Source: Alphaproteobacteria bacterium GM7ARS4 (GTDB lineage Bacteria; Pseudomonadota; Alphaproteobacteria; GM7ARS4). From it: a DNA stretch of 64,000 bases. Both the position numbers and the translations under genes were made by a program. The notes below the pieces were generated by a model that worked only from the letters and a program-made list of their open reading frames with translations, did not search any database and was not told the origin of the DNA. The stretch's first letter is position 1; each line of letters begins with the position of its first letter. Positions 1-10,261 of this stretch are shown here, piece after piece. The DNA lies in contig JACONL010000002.1 of NCBI GenBank assembly GCA_014332745.1, forward strand, positions 18,371 to 82,370. The letters run 5' to 3'.

Positions 1-639
1 ATGGGCATAGCGCTCTTGATGGCCTTGATAGCGTGGGAGGGCGATGAGCTGTTGGTAGACATCTTCTGGGAGGGATTGTTGGGCGAGGGCGCGCATTGCT
101 TCGCATAGCTGGCGTGTCTGCGCGTTGAGGCTGGCGGCATGGAGGCGGAGGACGCTCCCGAGCATATGCTGGAGGTCTGGCGGCAGCGCGCCTTGCATGT
201 GTGAGGGCGGGTATGAGAGACTATCGATATTGACGCCGACACCATGGAGGTGGCGACGCCCTTGGAGGATGATACGTTCTTGCTCGAGCCTATCGAAGAG
301 GCTTGCCTGTTCCTCTTGTTCTGGGCGATGGCGTTGGTGGAGGGCGTGGTCGTGCCACTTATGGACGAGGGCGTAATAGTCGCCTTGTCCCCGTAACGCC
401 ATAGGGGCGGTGTCATGGCTGTAATGGAGGGTGAAGGAGGCATGGTCGGAGTCCGTCGCATGGTCGATATGGTGGGGGAGGAGCGGCCTTTCTGTCTGCC
501 CTAAGAGGGAGACATGGACATGCCATGGCGCTTTGGCGGTCTGGGAGGCATAGACGCCCTTGTGCGCATGGGGCCTGCCTACAGCGCGCATGGTCGCTGC
601 CAACATCAATTCGATGGAGTCGGGGTCTTTCAGTGTCAT
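1..639 (-). CDS. cobT: aerobic cobaltochelatase subunit CobT, N-terminal part (gene runs off window start)
   Basis: Manual translation of minus strand in a frame absent from ORF track (no stop inside window): MTLKDPDSIELMLAATMRAVGRP...RGQGDYYALVHKWHDHALHQRHRPEQEEQASLFDRLEQERIILQGRRHLHGVGVNI matches CobT N-terminal region; lies directly downstream of cobS. Confidence 0.6.
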   Translation of the reverse strand, partial: MTLKDPDSIELMLAATMRAVGRPHAHKGVYASQTAKAPWHVHVSLLGQTERPLLPHHIDHATDSDHASFTLHYSHDTAPMALRGQGDYYALVHKWHDHALHQRHRPEQEEQASLFDRLEQERIILQGRRHLHGVGVNIDSLSYPPSHMQGALPPDLQHMLGSVLRLHAASLNAQTRQLCEAMRALAQQSLPEDVYQQLIALPRYQGHQERYAH

Positions 640-748
640 CACATGCTCTGGACGATGGGACTATAGAGACGATAAGCGCCCTCCCCTCCCATGTAAAGGC
701 TTTTATACCCTCTTTTGTCATAAGAGTCGCCCCTCGCCCCCTCACACT

Positions 749-1810
749 CTATGATGGTGTGGATGGTGTGCCACGTTTTTTGCGTGGGGGAGACGTTTTT
801 GCGCTCTTTGTGATGGTCTCATGTCGTTCTTCTGCTGTCGATGGCGTCATGGGGGCAAGGAGTTCGCTATCGAAGCATCGTTGATAATACTCGGCAACAA
901 GGACTCGTTCTTCTTCATCACAGCGATTGAAGAAACTCAAACGAAAGGCCATGTCCTTATCGGAGAAAATCTCTATATTGCTCAACCATGTAATAAGCGT
1001 GCGCGGCGACATGAGCGTCGATAAATCACCAGCGCGAAATCCCTCACGGGTAAGATGTGCCATCTCTATCATGGAACGCAACAATGCTCTGCCTTTTTCT
1101 GTCTCGTAATGAGGCGCTTTCGCCAGTAAAATCTTGAGCTCTTGCTCTATAGACAGATAATTCAAGAGACAGACAATATGCCACCTATCCATTTGTCCTT
1201 GATTGATTTGTTGAGTCCCATGGTAGAGCCCTGTAGAGTCGCCAAGCCCTATGGTATTGGCGGTGGCAAAGAGGCGAAAAAATCGATGCGGTGTGATGAC
1301 ACGATTTTGGTCCAGTAAGGTCAGGCGTCCATCGCTTTCTAACACCCGTTGAATGACAAACATGACATCGGAGCGTCCCGCATCATATTCATCGAACACC
1401 AACGCCACGGGGTGTTGTAACGCCCATGTCAAAATCCCCGGCTGAAACTCTGTCACTTGCTTGCCATCACGCAAGACGATACCATCTTTGCCTATCAAAT
1501 CGATACGGCTAATATGGCTATCCAAATTCACGCGCACACAAGGCCATCGAAGGCGCGCTGCCACCTGTTCGATGTGGCTCGATTTGCCAGTGCCATGAAA
1601 GCCCTGTATCATGACGCGCTGATTATGCATAAATCCCGCTAAAATCGCTAATGTCGTCAATTCGTCAAAGCAATAACGTTCATCAATCTCAGGACTATGC
1701 TCGTGGGGTTTCGAAAAGCATGGGCATGTCAGGTTACTCTCGATACCAAAGGCTTGTTTCACCGACAGAGTCGTATCGGGGGCATGGTCGCTCGTCAAAG
1801 GAATAGTCAT
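749..1810 (-). CDS. cobS: aerobic cobaltochelatase subunit CobS (MoxR-like AAA ATPase)
   Basis: ORF track 353 aa; motifs GFHGTGKSSHIEQVAARL, VALVFDEYDAGRSDVMFVIQRVLE, GLYHGTQQINQGQMDRW typical of CobS. Confidence 0.9.
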   Translation of the reverse strand: MTIPLTSDHAPDTTLSVKQAFGIESNLTCPCFSKPHEHSPEIDERYCFDELTTLAILAGFMHNQRVMIQGFHGTGKSSHIEQVAARLRWPCVRVNLDSHISRIDLIGKDGIVLRDGKQVTEFQPGILTWALQHPVALVFDEYDAGRSDVMFVIQRVLESDGRLTLLDQNRVITPHRFFRLFATANTIGLGDSTGLYHGTQQINQGQMDRWHIVCLLNYLSIEQELKILLAKAPHYETEKGRALLRSMIEMAHLTREGFRAGDLSTLMSPRTLITWLSNIEIFSDKDMAFRLSFFNRCDEEERVLVAEYYQRCFDSELLAPMTPSTAEERHETITKSAKTSPPRKKRGTPSTPS

Positions 1811-1825
1811 GGGGCGGAGAGGGTC

Positions 1826-2539
1826 TTAGGGATAGAGGAATTGGTGATGCCACGGGTGATGGGGGGTGGGACGGATATAGAGGCAACGCTCATGAAGGCG
1901 CGCCTCTCCTTGTCGCCAAAATTCTATGGTCAAGGGCGTGAGACGCCACCCTATCCACCCCCCACAACCCATAGAGACATGATAAGGGGGACGGGTCACA
2001 TTTTGTCCCGTAAAATGCCGTTCATAGTGATGGACACGTTGTCGTAAAGAGGACTCGTTATCGAGAGGACGCGATTGCAGGGAACTCCACGCCCCTATCT
2101 GGCTGGCCCGAGGGCGCGATGCAAAATAGTCATCCGCCTCTTTCGATGGCACAAGGGAGACTGAACCTTCTACACGTACCTGACGCCCATGCGCCTGCCA
2201 GTAAAAACATAAGGCGCCATGCCCATGGTGGCGTAGCGCCATGCTCTTTTCGCTCATCCCATCCGTATAAATATCGAAGCCATGAACGCCATATCCCTTA
2301 AGAAGCACCATCCTCACTTGAGGAAGTCCTCGCCTATCCACCGTCCCCAACCCGCATAGATTCTCCTCTTGTCCATCATCTCGACAGACATGACACCATT
2401 CTTCATACCACGAACGAAAGAGCGCATAGGGGTCATCATCCTTCCCCATCCCATAAGGGTGACGTCCCCCTTCACCTTCCTTATATCCTTTGTGTGGGGG
2501 CGGTTGAGACATCAGAAACGCAAGAGACTCGCCCCCCAT
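1826..2539 (-). CDS. pdxH: pyridoxamine 5'-phosphate oxidase
   Basis: VRMVLLKGY...ALCFYWQAHGRQVRVEGSV...SRPRASQIGAWSSLQS...IEFWRQGEARLHERCLY match PdxH; start probably the internal MSQ codon at 2512 abutting fabH stop. Confidence 0.85.
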   Translation of the reverse strand: MGGESLAFLMSQPPPHKGYKEGEGGRHPYGMGKDDDPYALFRSWYEEWCHVCRDDGQEENLCGLGTVDRRGLPQVRMVLLKGYGVHGFDIYTDGMSEKSMALRHHGHGALCFYWQAHGRQVRVEGSVSLVPSKEADDYFASRPRASQIGAWSSLQSRPLDNESSLRQRVHHYERHFTGQNVTRPPYHVSMGCGGWIGWRLTPLTIEFWRQGEARLHERCLYIRPTPHHPWHHQFLYP

Positions 2540-3492
2540 GTGAGCCCTCCACCGATGGCTTGAATCAGCAAAGTCTGCCCCCGTTGTATCCTACCATCCT
2601 CTATATATGTGCTCATGACGAGAGGAATGGACGCCGCTGACGTGTTGCCATGGCGCTCGATGGTGACAGCAAGTTTCTCTTGACCAATACGCAAACGCTT
2701 CCCTAATGCTTGGACGATACGCATATTGGCCTGATGGGGAATGAGCCAATCCACCTGCTCCATCGCCATATGGCACGTCGAGAGAGCCTCCAGCGAGACA
2801 TCCGCCAAACGCTCCACCGCCTTCTTGAACACATCACGACCATCCATACGCACCAAACCAATGGTGCGCGTCGAGGACACGCCTCCATCCATGTGTAAGG
2901 ACGCCCTGTCCCGCCCATCGGCGCGCAAGACAGAGCCTATCACCATAGAACTCTTGTCCTCTTCTTCATCACGTTCATAGGCTTCCAAGATGATCGCCCC
3001 CGCCCCATCCCCAAATAAAACACATGTGGAACGATCACTCCAATCAATAATCCTGCTACATATCTCAGCGCCAATGACTAAACATGTGCGACATACACCA
3101 GCCTTTATCAAACTATCGCCTATGGTGAGCGCATGCAAAAATCCCGCACAGACCGCTTGCACATCAAAGGCCCCCGTCACACCAGCGCCTAACTTCTCTT
3201 GCACACGCGACGCCGTCGATGGGAACGTATAATCTGGTGTCGTCGTCGCCACAATGATCATATCCAACATCTCTGCTGATAACCCTGCCGATGTCAACGC
3301 ATGGCGTCCCGCATGGGTGGCGAGGTCCGACGTCGACTCTGAGTCATCGGCAATATGACGCTGTCCTATGCCCGTCCTTCCCCTTATCCACGTATCGGAT
3401 GTGTCCATCATGGTCGACAAATCATCATTTGTCAGCACCTTATGCGGGAGATAATGCCCATGCCCAATGATACGACTGGAGACGACCATCAC
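2512..3492 (-). CDS. fabH: 3-oxoacyl-ACP synthase III (KAS III)
   Basis: 326 aa; IIGHGHYLPHKVLTNDDL, AVCAGF active-site Cys region, HQANMRI, GNTSAASIP motifs. Confidence 0.92.
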   Translation of the reverse strand: MMVVSSRIIGHGHYLPHKVLTNDDLSTMMDTSDTWIRGRTGIGQRHIADDSESTSDLATHAGRHALTSAGLSAEMLDMIIVATTTPDYTFPSTASRVQEKLGAGVTGAFDVQAVCAGFLHALTIGDSLIKAGVCRTCLVIGAEICSRIIDWSDRSTCVLFGDGAGAIILEAYERDEEEDKSSMVIGSVLRADGRDRASLHMDGGVSSTRTIGLVRMDGRDVFKKAVERLADVSLEALSTCHMAMEQVDWLIPHQANMRIVQALGKRLRIGQEKLAVTIERHGNTSAASIPLVMSTYIEDGRIQRGQTLLIQAIGGGLTWGASLLRF

Positions 3493-4553
3493 GCACCATC
3501 CTTGTCTTTATGACCTTGTGAAACGCCGTGACGGGCCGACTCAATGCTCGCGCTATGGGCATCCAGAGCAGATTTGAGTTTTTCATTATAGTTATCGCGC
3601 AAGAGAGCACAGGCAACCTCGATGGCATTGGCAAAGCCAAATCCATCCGTGCCGCCATGGCTTTTGACGACAACGCCATTCAAGCCTACCAACATCGCCC
3701 CATTATACAAGCGAGGGTCTAAACGTCTCTTCATACGTTTCAATGCCGGCATCATGAAAAAGTATCCCATCCTCGAGATAAGGGACGAACGTAACATCCC
3801 TTCTAGATAGCTCTTAAAGAGCAACGCGCCTCCCTCCAATGTCTTCAAGGCGACATTCCCGCTAAAACCATCACTGACAACGACATGGACGGTCCCTCGA
3901 CTAATATCATCACCTTCCACAAAGCCATGAAAATGGATACCGCTCTCTTTGTGACGCAAAATGTCTGCCGCCTGACGTAGCTCTTCATGGCCCTTTGTTT
4001 CTTCCGAGCCCACATTGAGCAACCCCACAACGGGTGTCTCTAACCCTAGGATATGGCGCGCATAGACATCACCCATATAGGCAAATTGTATCAAATTGTC
4101 GCTATCGCAATGGACATTTGCTCCTAAATCGAGCATGAGCGATTCGCCACGCATGGTCGGCATCAGAGCAATAATGGCAGGGCGGGTGATATTTGGCAAC
4201 ATACGCAAGACAACTTTTCCCATCGCCATGAGCGCCCCCGTATTTCCTGCCGACACAACGCCACTGGCTTTCCCTTGTTTGACAGCTTGAATGGCTTGAT
4301 ACATCGATGTCTTGCGCCCCTGACGCAATGCCACAGAAGGCTTAGCCTCGGTAGAGACCACGTCTGGCGTATGGACCATAGAAAGACGCGTCTCTTTTGC
4401 TATGTCGCCTCCATACACCGCGCGCAGACGCTTCTCGTCGCCATAGAGCAAAAAAGATACATCAGGCAAACGACTCAACGCTGTGGCGACGCCCTCCAAC
4501 ACAATATCAGGGGCGTTGTCGCCCCCCATGGCATCAAGGGCTATCGTGAGCAT
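3489..4553 (-). CDS. plsX: phosphate acyltransferase PlsX
   Basis: 354 aa; LTIALDAMGGDNAP start, GFSGNVALKTLEG motif; classic rpmF-plsX-fabH order. Confidence 0.92.
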   Translation of the reverse strand: MLTIALDAMGGDNAPDIVLEGVATALSRLPDVSFLLYGDEKRLRAVYGGDIAKETRLSMVHTPDVVSTEAKPSVALRQGRKTSMYQAIQAVKQGKASGVVSAGNTGALMAMGKVVLRMLPNITRPAIIALMPTMRGESLMLDLGANVHCDSDNLIQFAYMGDVYARHILGLETPVVGLLNVGSEETKGHEELRQAADILRHKESGIHFHGFVEGDDISRGTVHVVVSDGFSGNVALKTLEGGALLFKSYLEGMLRSSLISRMGYFFMMPALKRMKRRLDPRLYNGAMLVGLNGVVVKSHGGTDGFGFANAIEVACALLRDNYNEKLKSALDAHSASIESARHGVSQGHKDKDGA

Positions 4554-4652
4554 CGCACTCTATCACCCACAAAGACCCTTATGACGAATCTTAAGGAAAA
4601 ATCGCACATACGTTCCATAGAGATAACACACCCATCCATGGGGGTTGCCCTC

Positions 4653-4865
4653 CTATGATAGGTTGCTCCCTTCTGTCTCTTGTTCGCGTTGGCGTCTGAC
4701 GATAACCTGACGGCCTCGATAATAGCCACAATGGGGACACACATGGTGAGGCGCTTTGAGCTCACCACAGTGGGGACATTCGACGCTCAAACGTGGCACG
4801 AGTGAGTCGTGGGAGCGACGCATGTTGCGTTTAGATACTGTCGTCTTACGTTTAGGAACGGCCAT
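4653..4865 (-). CDS. rpmF: 50S ribosomal protein L32
   Basis: [20 protein letters not shown]...[25 protein letters not shown]. Confidence 0.9.
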   Translation of the reverse strand: MAVPKRKTTVSKRNMRRSHDSLVPRLSVECPHCGELKAPHHVCPHCGYYRGRQVIVRRQREQETEGSNLS

Positions 4866-4977
4866 TCTTCACATCCTATCATGCTCTTTACAACCATCGC
4901 CATGGGCGCCCAGCCCAGACGTTCGCCATGGGAACAAGGAAGGCTATGTCATTGCGCCGATAAAAGCAAGTGTTTCT

Positions 4978-5988
4978 TTAGCCCATCTCGCCAACCAAGC
5001 GGTCAATGATCGCCTGTGTTGACTCGATGCCCTTCACCATGCCGACCGATTGTCCCGCCATCAGAGAGCCATAATCCACATCGCCTTCGATGACGGCTCT
5101 TTGTAGCGCCCCCGCCCAAAATCTCTCTATGCGTAAAATCGCCTCCATCTTATCGATGTCCCCCTGTTCATAGGCATGGATGGCGTTTTTTTGCGCCTCG
5201 AGGAAATCTTTTGTCGCCTTGTTCGCTAAGGCGCGCACAGGCATCACAGGGAAGGCGGCATCCAACTGGGGTGATGGTTGCGCATCGCGCGCATTGGCAG
5301 AAATGAATGCCTGTTTGAACTTCTCATGGGCAATGGACTCCTCAGCGCAGACAAAACACGTTCCCAATTGCACGCCACTAGCGCCCATATCGATATAGCG
5401 CGCAATCATAGAGCCATGTCCGATACCCCCCGCCACAAAGACGACCTCCTCGTCAAGAAAGGGAAGAATTTCTTGCGCTAACACCGTCGTTGACACAGAG
5501 CCAATATGCCCACCCGCCTCCATGCCTTCTAAAATCAAGGCATCAGCGCCAGAACGTAAGAGCTTTCGACCAATGGCAAGGGAAGGCGCAAAGGCAAGGG
5601 CATGGACATGCGCGCGCACGCGTTTGAGCATGCTCGATTTCGGCATGCCACCAGCAAACGCCATATGGGTTAAGCCTCCTCCTGCCGATTCTTCCAAACA
5701 AACCGATAGAAGAGACTCGATCTCAGGATGGGCCAAAATCACATTCACACCAAAGGGCTTCTCGGTTAAGGCTCTTGTCTTCTTGACCTCCTCACGCAAT
5801 TGGGATGCATTCATCGCCCCTGCCGCCAGCATGCCAAAGCCACCGGCATTAGAGACAGCAGCGACCAAATGGCACTCTGAGACCCACGTCATGGCGCCAG
5901 ATATGATGGGATAGCGCACGCCTAAATAATTGGCGCCGCGCCGCCAATTCTTATGCTCTGTGTAGGAATTCGTTAGAGACGCGCACAT
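4978..5988 (-). CDS. nitronate monooxygenase / FabK-like flavin oxidoreductase (2-nitropropane dioxygenase family)
   Basis: GVRYPIISGAMTWVSECHLVAAVSNAGGFGMLA and GGIGHGSMIARYIDMGASGVQLGT motifs of NMO/FabK TIM-barrel family; sits beside fab genes. Confidence 0.75.
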   Translation of the reverse strand: MCASLTNSYTEHKNWRRGANYLGVRYPIISGAMTWVSECHLVAAVSNAGGFGMLAAGAMNASQLREEVKKTRALTEKPFGVNVILAHPEIESLLSVCLEESAGGGLTHMAFAGGMPKSSMLKRVRAHVHALAFAPSLAIGRKLLRSGADALILEGMEAGGHIGSVSTTVLAQEILPFLDEEVVFVAGGIGHGSMIARYIDMGASGVQLGTCFVCAEESIAHEKFKQAFISANARDAQPSPQLDAAFPVMPVRALANKATKDFLEAQKNAIHAYEQGDIDKMEAILRIERFWAGALQRAVIEGDVDYGSLMAGQSVGMVKGIESTQAIIDRLVGEMG

Positions 5989-6003
5989 AGAACATACATG
6001 CTG

Positions 6004-7266
6004 TTATTGTCGACCATGGTCTGATGCCTGTTCCAGGTGAAAGGCATGGTGAAGGGCATGGACTGCCTCAGTGCCACGATCTTTGGCAATGAGGAGGCTT
6101 ATCTTAATCTCCGATGTGGAAATGACGTGGATATTGATATTATGCTCGGCAAGAGCTTGGAACGCCCGACTGGCAATACCCGCATGGTTACGCATGCCTA
6201 TGCCAACAATGGAGACCTTTGCCACATGGTCATCGGTGAGAAACCCCCGATAGTTTATCGTTGGACGTTCCTGCTCTATAATTTTCTTGCTCTGAGCAAG
6301 GTCTTCGCGCGACACCGTGAATGTCACCGACGTTGTTTTCCCATCCTCAGCGATATTTTGCACGATCATGTCGACACTGATGTCTCGTTCGCTCAATTTC
6401 TTAAAAATCGCGCATGCGACTCCCGGACGATTGGCAACGCCTAGCAACGTCAATTTTGCCTCGTGATCCTCCAAGGCCACCGCGCGTACCGTCGGGCTTT
6501 CCACCAGCGCAGACTCCTCCTCCATAATCCATGTCCCTCGTTCCCTGTCGAAGGTTGAGCGTAAGTGTATAGGAATATGGTATCTCATCGCAAGCTCTAC
6601 CGAACGTGCATGTAAAACTTTTGACCCTAGGGACGCCAGTTCCAGCATCTCCTCGTAGGCAATATGGTCGATACGGCGCGCTTGGGGAATAAAACGAGGG
6701 TCTGCCGTGTAAATCCCTCGAACATCGGTGAAAATCGTGCAAGATGATGCGCCCACCGCCACCGCCATGGCGACAGCTGTCGTATCCGACCCTCCTCGCC
6801 CCAATGTCGTAATGCGTCCAGACGGACACACGCCTTGAAAGCCCGGAATCACGACAATGTCTTTTTCTTTCCATACATCCTCTAGCTTTTCCTTTGATAT
6901 AGAGAGAATACGCGCTTTCCCATGGCGGTTATCGGTGTTGATAGGCACTTGCCACCCCTGTAGAGATTGTGAAGAGAGCCCGCGACATGAGAGGGCCAGT
7001 GCCATGAGGCCGCTCGTCACTTGCTCTCCGCTCGAGACAACCACGTCATATTCTCCCACGTCATAAGACGCGCGACCACATGCCTCGACATACCCTACGA
7101 GTTCATTGGTGAAACGACCCATAGCCGAGACAACGACCACTCCTTTGACATCACCATGTGTCTGGCGCGCCGCTGTCCATGACTCAACGACACGGTCGGC
7201 TGCCATCCCTATCTTGTGTGCGTCTTGTAACGATGTCCCGCCAAATTTGTGAACGATATAGTGCAT
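6004..7266 (-). CDS. lysC: aspartate kinase
   Basis: 420 aa; IVHKFGGTSL, GRGGSDTTAVAMA, C-terminal ACT domains. Confidence 0.92.
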   Translation of the reverse strand: MHYIVHKFGGTSLQDAHKIGMAADRVVESWTAARQTHGDVKGVVVVSAMGRFTNELVGYVEACGRASYDVGEYDVVVSSGEQVTSGLMALALSCRGLSSQSLQGWQVPINTDNRHGKARILSISKEKLEDVWKEKDIVVIPGFQGVCPSGRITTLGRGGSDTTAVAMAVAVGASSCTIFTDVRGIYTADPRFIPQARRIDHIAYEEMLELASLGSKVLHARSVELAMRYHIPIHLRSTFDRERGTWIMEEESALVESPTVRAVALEDHEAKLTLLGVANRPGVACAIFKKLSERDISVDMIVQNIAEDGKTTSVTFTVSREDLAQSKKIIEQERPTINYRGFLTDDHVAKVSIVGIGMRNHAGIASRAFQALAEHNINIHVISTSEIKISLLIAKDRGTEAVHALHHAFHLEQASDHGRQ

Positions 7267-7372
7267 TGTTAAGAGGCAATGGATTTTTGACGCCTATCCC
7301 TTTATACCTCTTTCATAGAGAGATATGCGCGCCTAAGCAAGTCTCTCACCCTACAGATAGGAGGATAGAGAC

Positions 7373-8155
7373 ATGACACAGCAATGGGCTGAGGCATTTC
7401 ATCGCCATGATGATTGGTGGGACGAGCATGGCCATTTTGCGCCCCTCCATTGGCTCAATCCGCCACGTCTTCTCCATATTAAGAGGCAGGTAGAGCGATT
7501 CTTAACGCCAGACACGTCACGCCCGCATGCGCTTTTACACGGGATGAACGTCATCGATATTGGCTGTGGCGGCGGGCTTGTTGCCGAAGCCCTCGCCCGC
7601 TTGGGGGCGCATGTCACCGCCATCGATATCCACGAACGCCCTCTCACTGTGGCAAGACGCCATGCCCAAGCCCATCATCTCACCATCGATTATCGCTGTT
7701 GTCCTGTGTCTGACATGGCACAGAGCGCCCCTGCTCACTATGACCTTGTCATCAATTTTGAAGTCATCGAACATGTCTCTGACCCCGCCTCCTACCTCAC
7801 AGACAGCATAACCCTCATGAAAAAGGGAGGCATACAGATTCTCTCGACCCTCAATCGCACATGGACGTCCTTCATGGTTGCCATTGTTGGTGCGGAATAT
7901 CTCTTGCGTCTACTAGAGAGGGGAACGCATGACTGGAATCGCTTTTTGACACCCCAAGAGCTAACCCACATCATCCATAGGCAACGCCAGCGCCATGCCA
8001 CACATGTTGTCCACCAACAAGGTCTCGTCTTTGACCCTATGGCGCGCGTGTTTCGTCTTCATCCTTCCACCGATGTTCACTATTTTCTGACGCTCCAGAA
8101 AGGTGAAAAGGGCGATGATGGTGATGGCATGGCAAACGGCGGCGCGCATGGGTGA
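7373..8155 (+). CDS. ubiG: ubiquinone biosynthesis O-methyltransferase UbiG
   Basis: VIDIGCGGGLVAEALARLGAHVTAIDI SAM-binding motif; divergent from lysC as in many alphaproteobacteria; C-terminal low-complexity tail overlaps next gene. Confidence 0.88.
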   Translation: MTQQWAEAFHRHDDWWDEHGHFAPLHWLNPPRLLHIKRQVERFLTPDTSRPHALLHGMNVIDIGCGGGLVAEALARLGAHVTAIDIHERPLTVARRHAQAHHLTIDYRCCPVSDMAQSAPAHYDLVINFEVIEHVSDPASYLTDSITLMKKGGIQILSTLNRTWTSFMVAIVGAEYLLRLLERGTHDWNRFLTPQELTHIIHRQRQRHATHVVHQQGLVFDPMARVFRLHPSTDVHYFLTLQKGEKGDDGDGMANGGAHG

Positions 8156-8963
8156 TCTCCTCCCGTTGAAAGGGCGCTGTGATAACACATGGGGATGTCC
8201 CATCCCCTTGAGCAAGGACATCGCCCCACGGACTGATGATAAGGGAGTGTCCCCATGTCTCGCGTCCTCCTCCATGGACGCCACATTGGGCTGCCGCCAC
8301 GATATAGACGCCATTCTCGATGGCGCGAGCGCGTAAGAGCGTCTCCCAATGCGCTTCGCCAGTGGGACGCGTGAATGCCGCTGGCACCGAAATGATATGG
8401 GCGCCGCCTTGTGCTAACGTATGAAAGAGGCGAGGGAAACGCACGTCATAGCATATGGTTAACCCCAGCTTGCCGATGAAAGCGCCATAGTCGTCCACAT
8501 CCACAAGGACGGCATGGTGTCCCGCCTGATAGAAACGGGATTCGTTATACTGCCCATGGGCGTCTAAATTGGCATCGAAGAGGTGGATCTTGTCGTAATA
8601 GGCAACCGCTTTTCCTTCGGGAGAGAACACATAGCAACGATTGACGAAGGGCGCGCCTTCCTTGCCATGTGCCTTGCCATCATCAAGGCGGATGGTGACA
8701 GAACCCGCCACGAGCCATATGGCGTGCTGTTGTGCGAGATGGGAAAAACGCGTCAGGCAAGGATGGCGGTGGGGGGGATAGGCGATGGCTTGGGGATGTG
8801 TGTTGAGGGGGAGCATGCCTGCCACATTCTCAGGGGTGATGACGAGAGACGCGCCACGCGCCACTGCCTCAAGGATTCCCGTTTCAGCGTCATCGAGGGT
8901 TTTTTCCACATCCTCACGAGCATTGGTCTGCACGCACCCTATGGTGAAGCATTGTTTACCCAT
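8037..8963 (-). CDS. carbon-nitrogen hydrolase family protein (nitrilase/amidase superfamily)
   Basis: 308 aa; catalytic triad context ...ITPEN..., ...KIHLFD..., GLTICYDVRFP (Cys) motifs. Confidence 0.8.
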   Translation of the reverse strand: MGKQCFTIGCVQTNAREDVEKTLDDAETGILEAVARGASLVITPENVAGMLPLNTHPQAIAYPPHRHPCLTRFSHLAQQHAIWLVAGSVTIRLDDGKAHGKEGAPFVNRCYVFSPEGKAVAYYDKIHLFDANLDAHGQYNESRFYQAGHHAVLVDVDDYGAFIGKLGLTICYDVRFPRLFHTLAQGGAHIISVPAAFTRPTGEAHWETLLRARAIENGVYIVAAAQCGVHGGGRETWGHSLIISPWGDVLAQGDGTSPCVITAPFQREEITHARRRLPCHHHHRPFHLSGASENSEHRWKDEDETRAP

Positions 8964-8968
8964 AGCGC

Positions 8969-9238
8969 CTATCCCTCACCCTCTCCATGATGGGGGGCTT
9001 TACGTAACAGCGCTTGGAGTTGTCCATTCTGTTCCAATTGGTGCAATTCATCTGAGCCGCCAATATGATGTCCGTTGATAAAAATTTGTGGGACGGTGCG
9101 TCGCCCATGGGCGCGCTGTGCCATATCATCACGCATGGAGGCTGTCGTCAGCACATTATAGCCTTCATAGGCGACCCCATGGCGCTCGAACAGGCGTATC
9201 GCCCGCTGGCAGTAGCCACAGAAAGGCGAATAATACAT
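8969..9238 (-). CDS. grxC: glutaredoxin 3
   Basis: YSPFCGYCQRA active site, RRTVPQIFINGHHIGGSDEL; alternative upstream start at 9301 (MATEPP). Confidence 0.75.
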   Translation of the reverse strand: MYYSPFCGYCQRAIRLFERHGVAYEGYNVLTTASMRDDMAQRAHGRRTVPQIFINGHHIGGSDELHQLEQNGQLQALLRKAPHHGEGEG

Positions 9239-9355
9239 CTCAACGCATGCCGCCCATGAAGGATTCTGGTGGGGAAGGGTGTGAGGAGGTTCGGTTGCCA
9301 TGGTATCTCTCCTTTTTTGACGTGTGTTTCTGTGTCCATTGTCTCTCTCAAACAC

Positions 9356-10198
9356 TTATAGAAGTGTTGTGCCTGTACGCGCAAGGGTGACGACATCCAC
9401 AGCGTGCGCGCCGCCCATCATCAACGTATGGGTGCATGCATCGACTGTTGCGCCTGATGTCAAAAGGTCATCAACCAACAGCACGGATTGTCCCTTGATC
9501 ATCTTCTTGGTGGCGGGTGTGAGGCGAAAGGCGTCCTTGACATTGTCATAACGTTCTAAAAATGCCTGTTGGCGTTTGTGGCGCTGGGCGTACGCCATAG
9601 AGGCTTTCTGTTTTCTTGTTGCCTTCACTCTGACCAATCCGCCTACAACGAGTTCTTTCCGCAGATGGCGATTAAGAGCGCATGCGAGCGTATAGGCTTG
9701 ATTGTAGGAACGCCACACATGGCGTGTCCAATGACTAGGAACGGCCATGAGGACATCGCAAGAACGCATGGAAGGCGTCAAGGCATGGAAAAGCAATGTG
9801 CCATAATAGGCGGACGCATCCAGTCGGTTGCCATATTTGTAAGAGAGAATCAGCTGACGTCCGACCCCTCGATAGAAAAAGACAGAACGCGCCCGCCGCC
9901 ATAGAGGACGCATAGCCTGACATGCCAAACAGAGGGAGGAGTCATCGCTCGAGGGCGTCACTTCATAGGCCTGCCCACAGCACGGACAGGAGGCATGAAT
10001 AAAAAAGACATTCGACCAGCAAGAGGCGCATAACCCGCGATTCCCCACCACGACGCCACAATGGTAGCAACGATGGGGTAGCAGAATATCCGCCATCCAG
10101 CGTCCAGCGCTCTCTAAGGCACGTCCCCAGCCCTTCCTCTCATGGCCATAAGGGCCCTGATTGCTATGATGGTGTCTTGTCCATAGGCTCAATGTCAT
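9356..10198 (-). CDS. comF: ComF family protein (double zinc-ribbon + phosphoribosyltransferase domain)
   Basis: CxxC...CxxC N-terminus, C-terminal PRTase motif VLLVDDLLTSGATV; conserved grxC-comF adjacency. Confidence 0.8.
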   Translation of the reverse strand: MTLSLWTRHHHSNQGPYGHERKGWGRALESAGRWMADILLPHRCYHCGVVVGNRGLCASCWSNVFFIHASCPCCGQAYEVTPSSDDSSLCLACQAMRPLWRRARSVFFYRGVGRQLILSYKYGNRLDASAYYGTLLFHALTPSMRSCDVLMAVPSHWTRHVWRSYNQAYTLACALNRHLRKELVVGGLVRVKATRKQKASMAYAQRHKRQQAFLERYDNVKDAFRLTPATKKMIKGQSVLLVDDLLTSGATVDACTHTLMMGGAHAVDVVTLARTGTTLL

Positions 10199-10261
10199 CG
10201 CTCAATAGTTGAAGAGGAGGCGCGCTGTGCCTATTGTATCATCATTCTGTCCTGCCAAGAT

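Noticed and set aside
125-376. 83-aa plus-strand ORF at window start
   Set aside because: Antisense to cobT, Arg/Trp-rich, no motifs. Spurious.
413-745. 110-aa minus-strand ORF immediately downstream of cobS
   Set aside because: Translation shows no family resemblance. The real gene here is cobT in another frame, whose ORF has no stop inside the window and so was missed by the ORF track.
6401-6874. 157-aa minus-strand ORF
   Set aside because: Alternative frame within lysC. Spurious.
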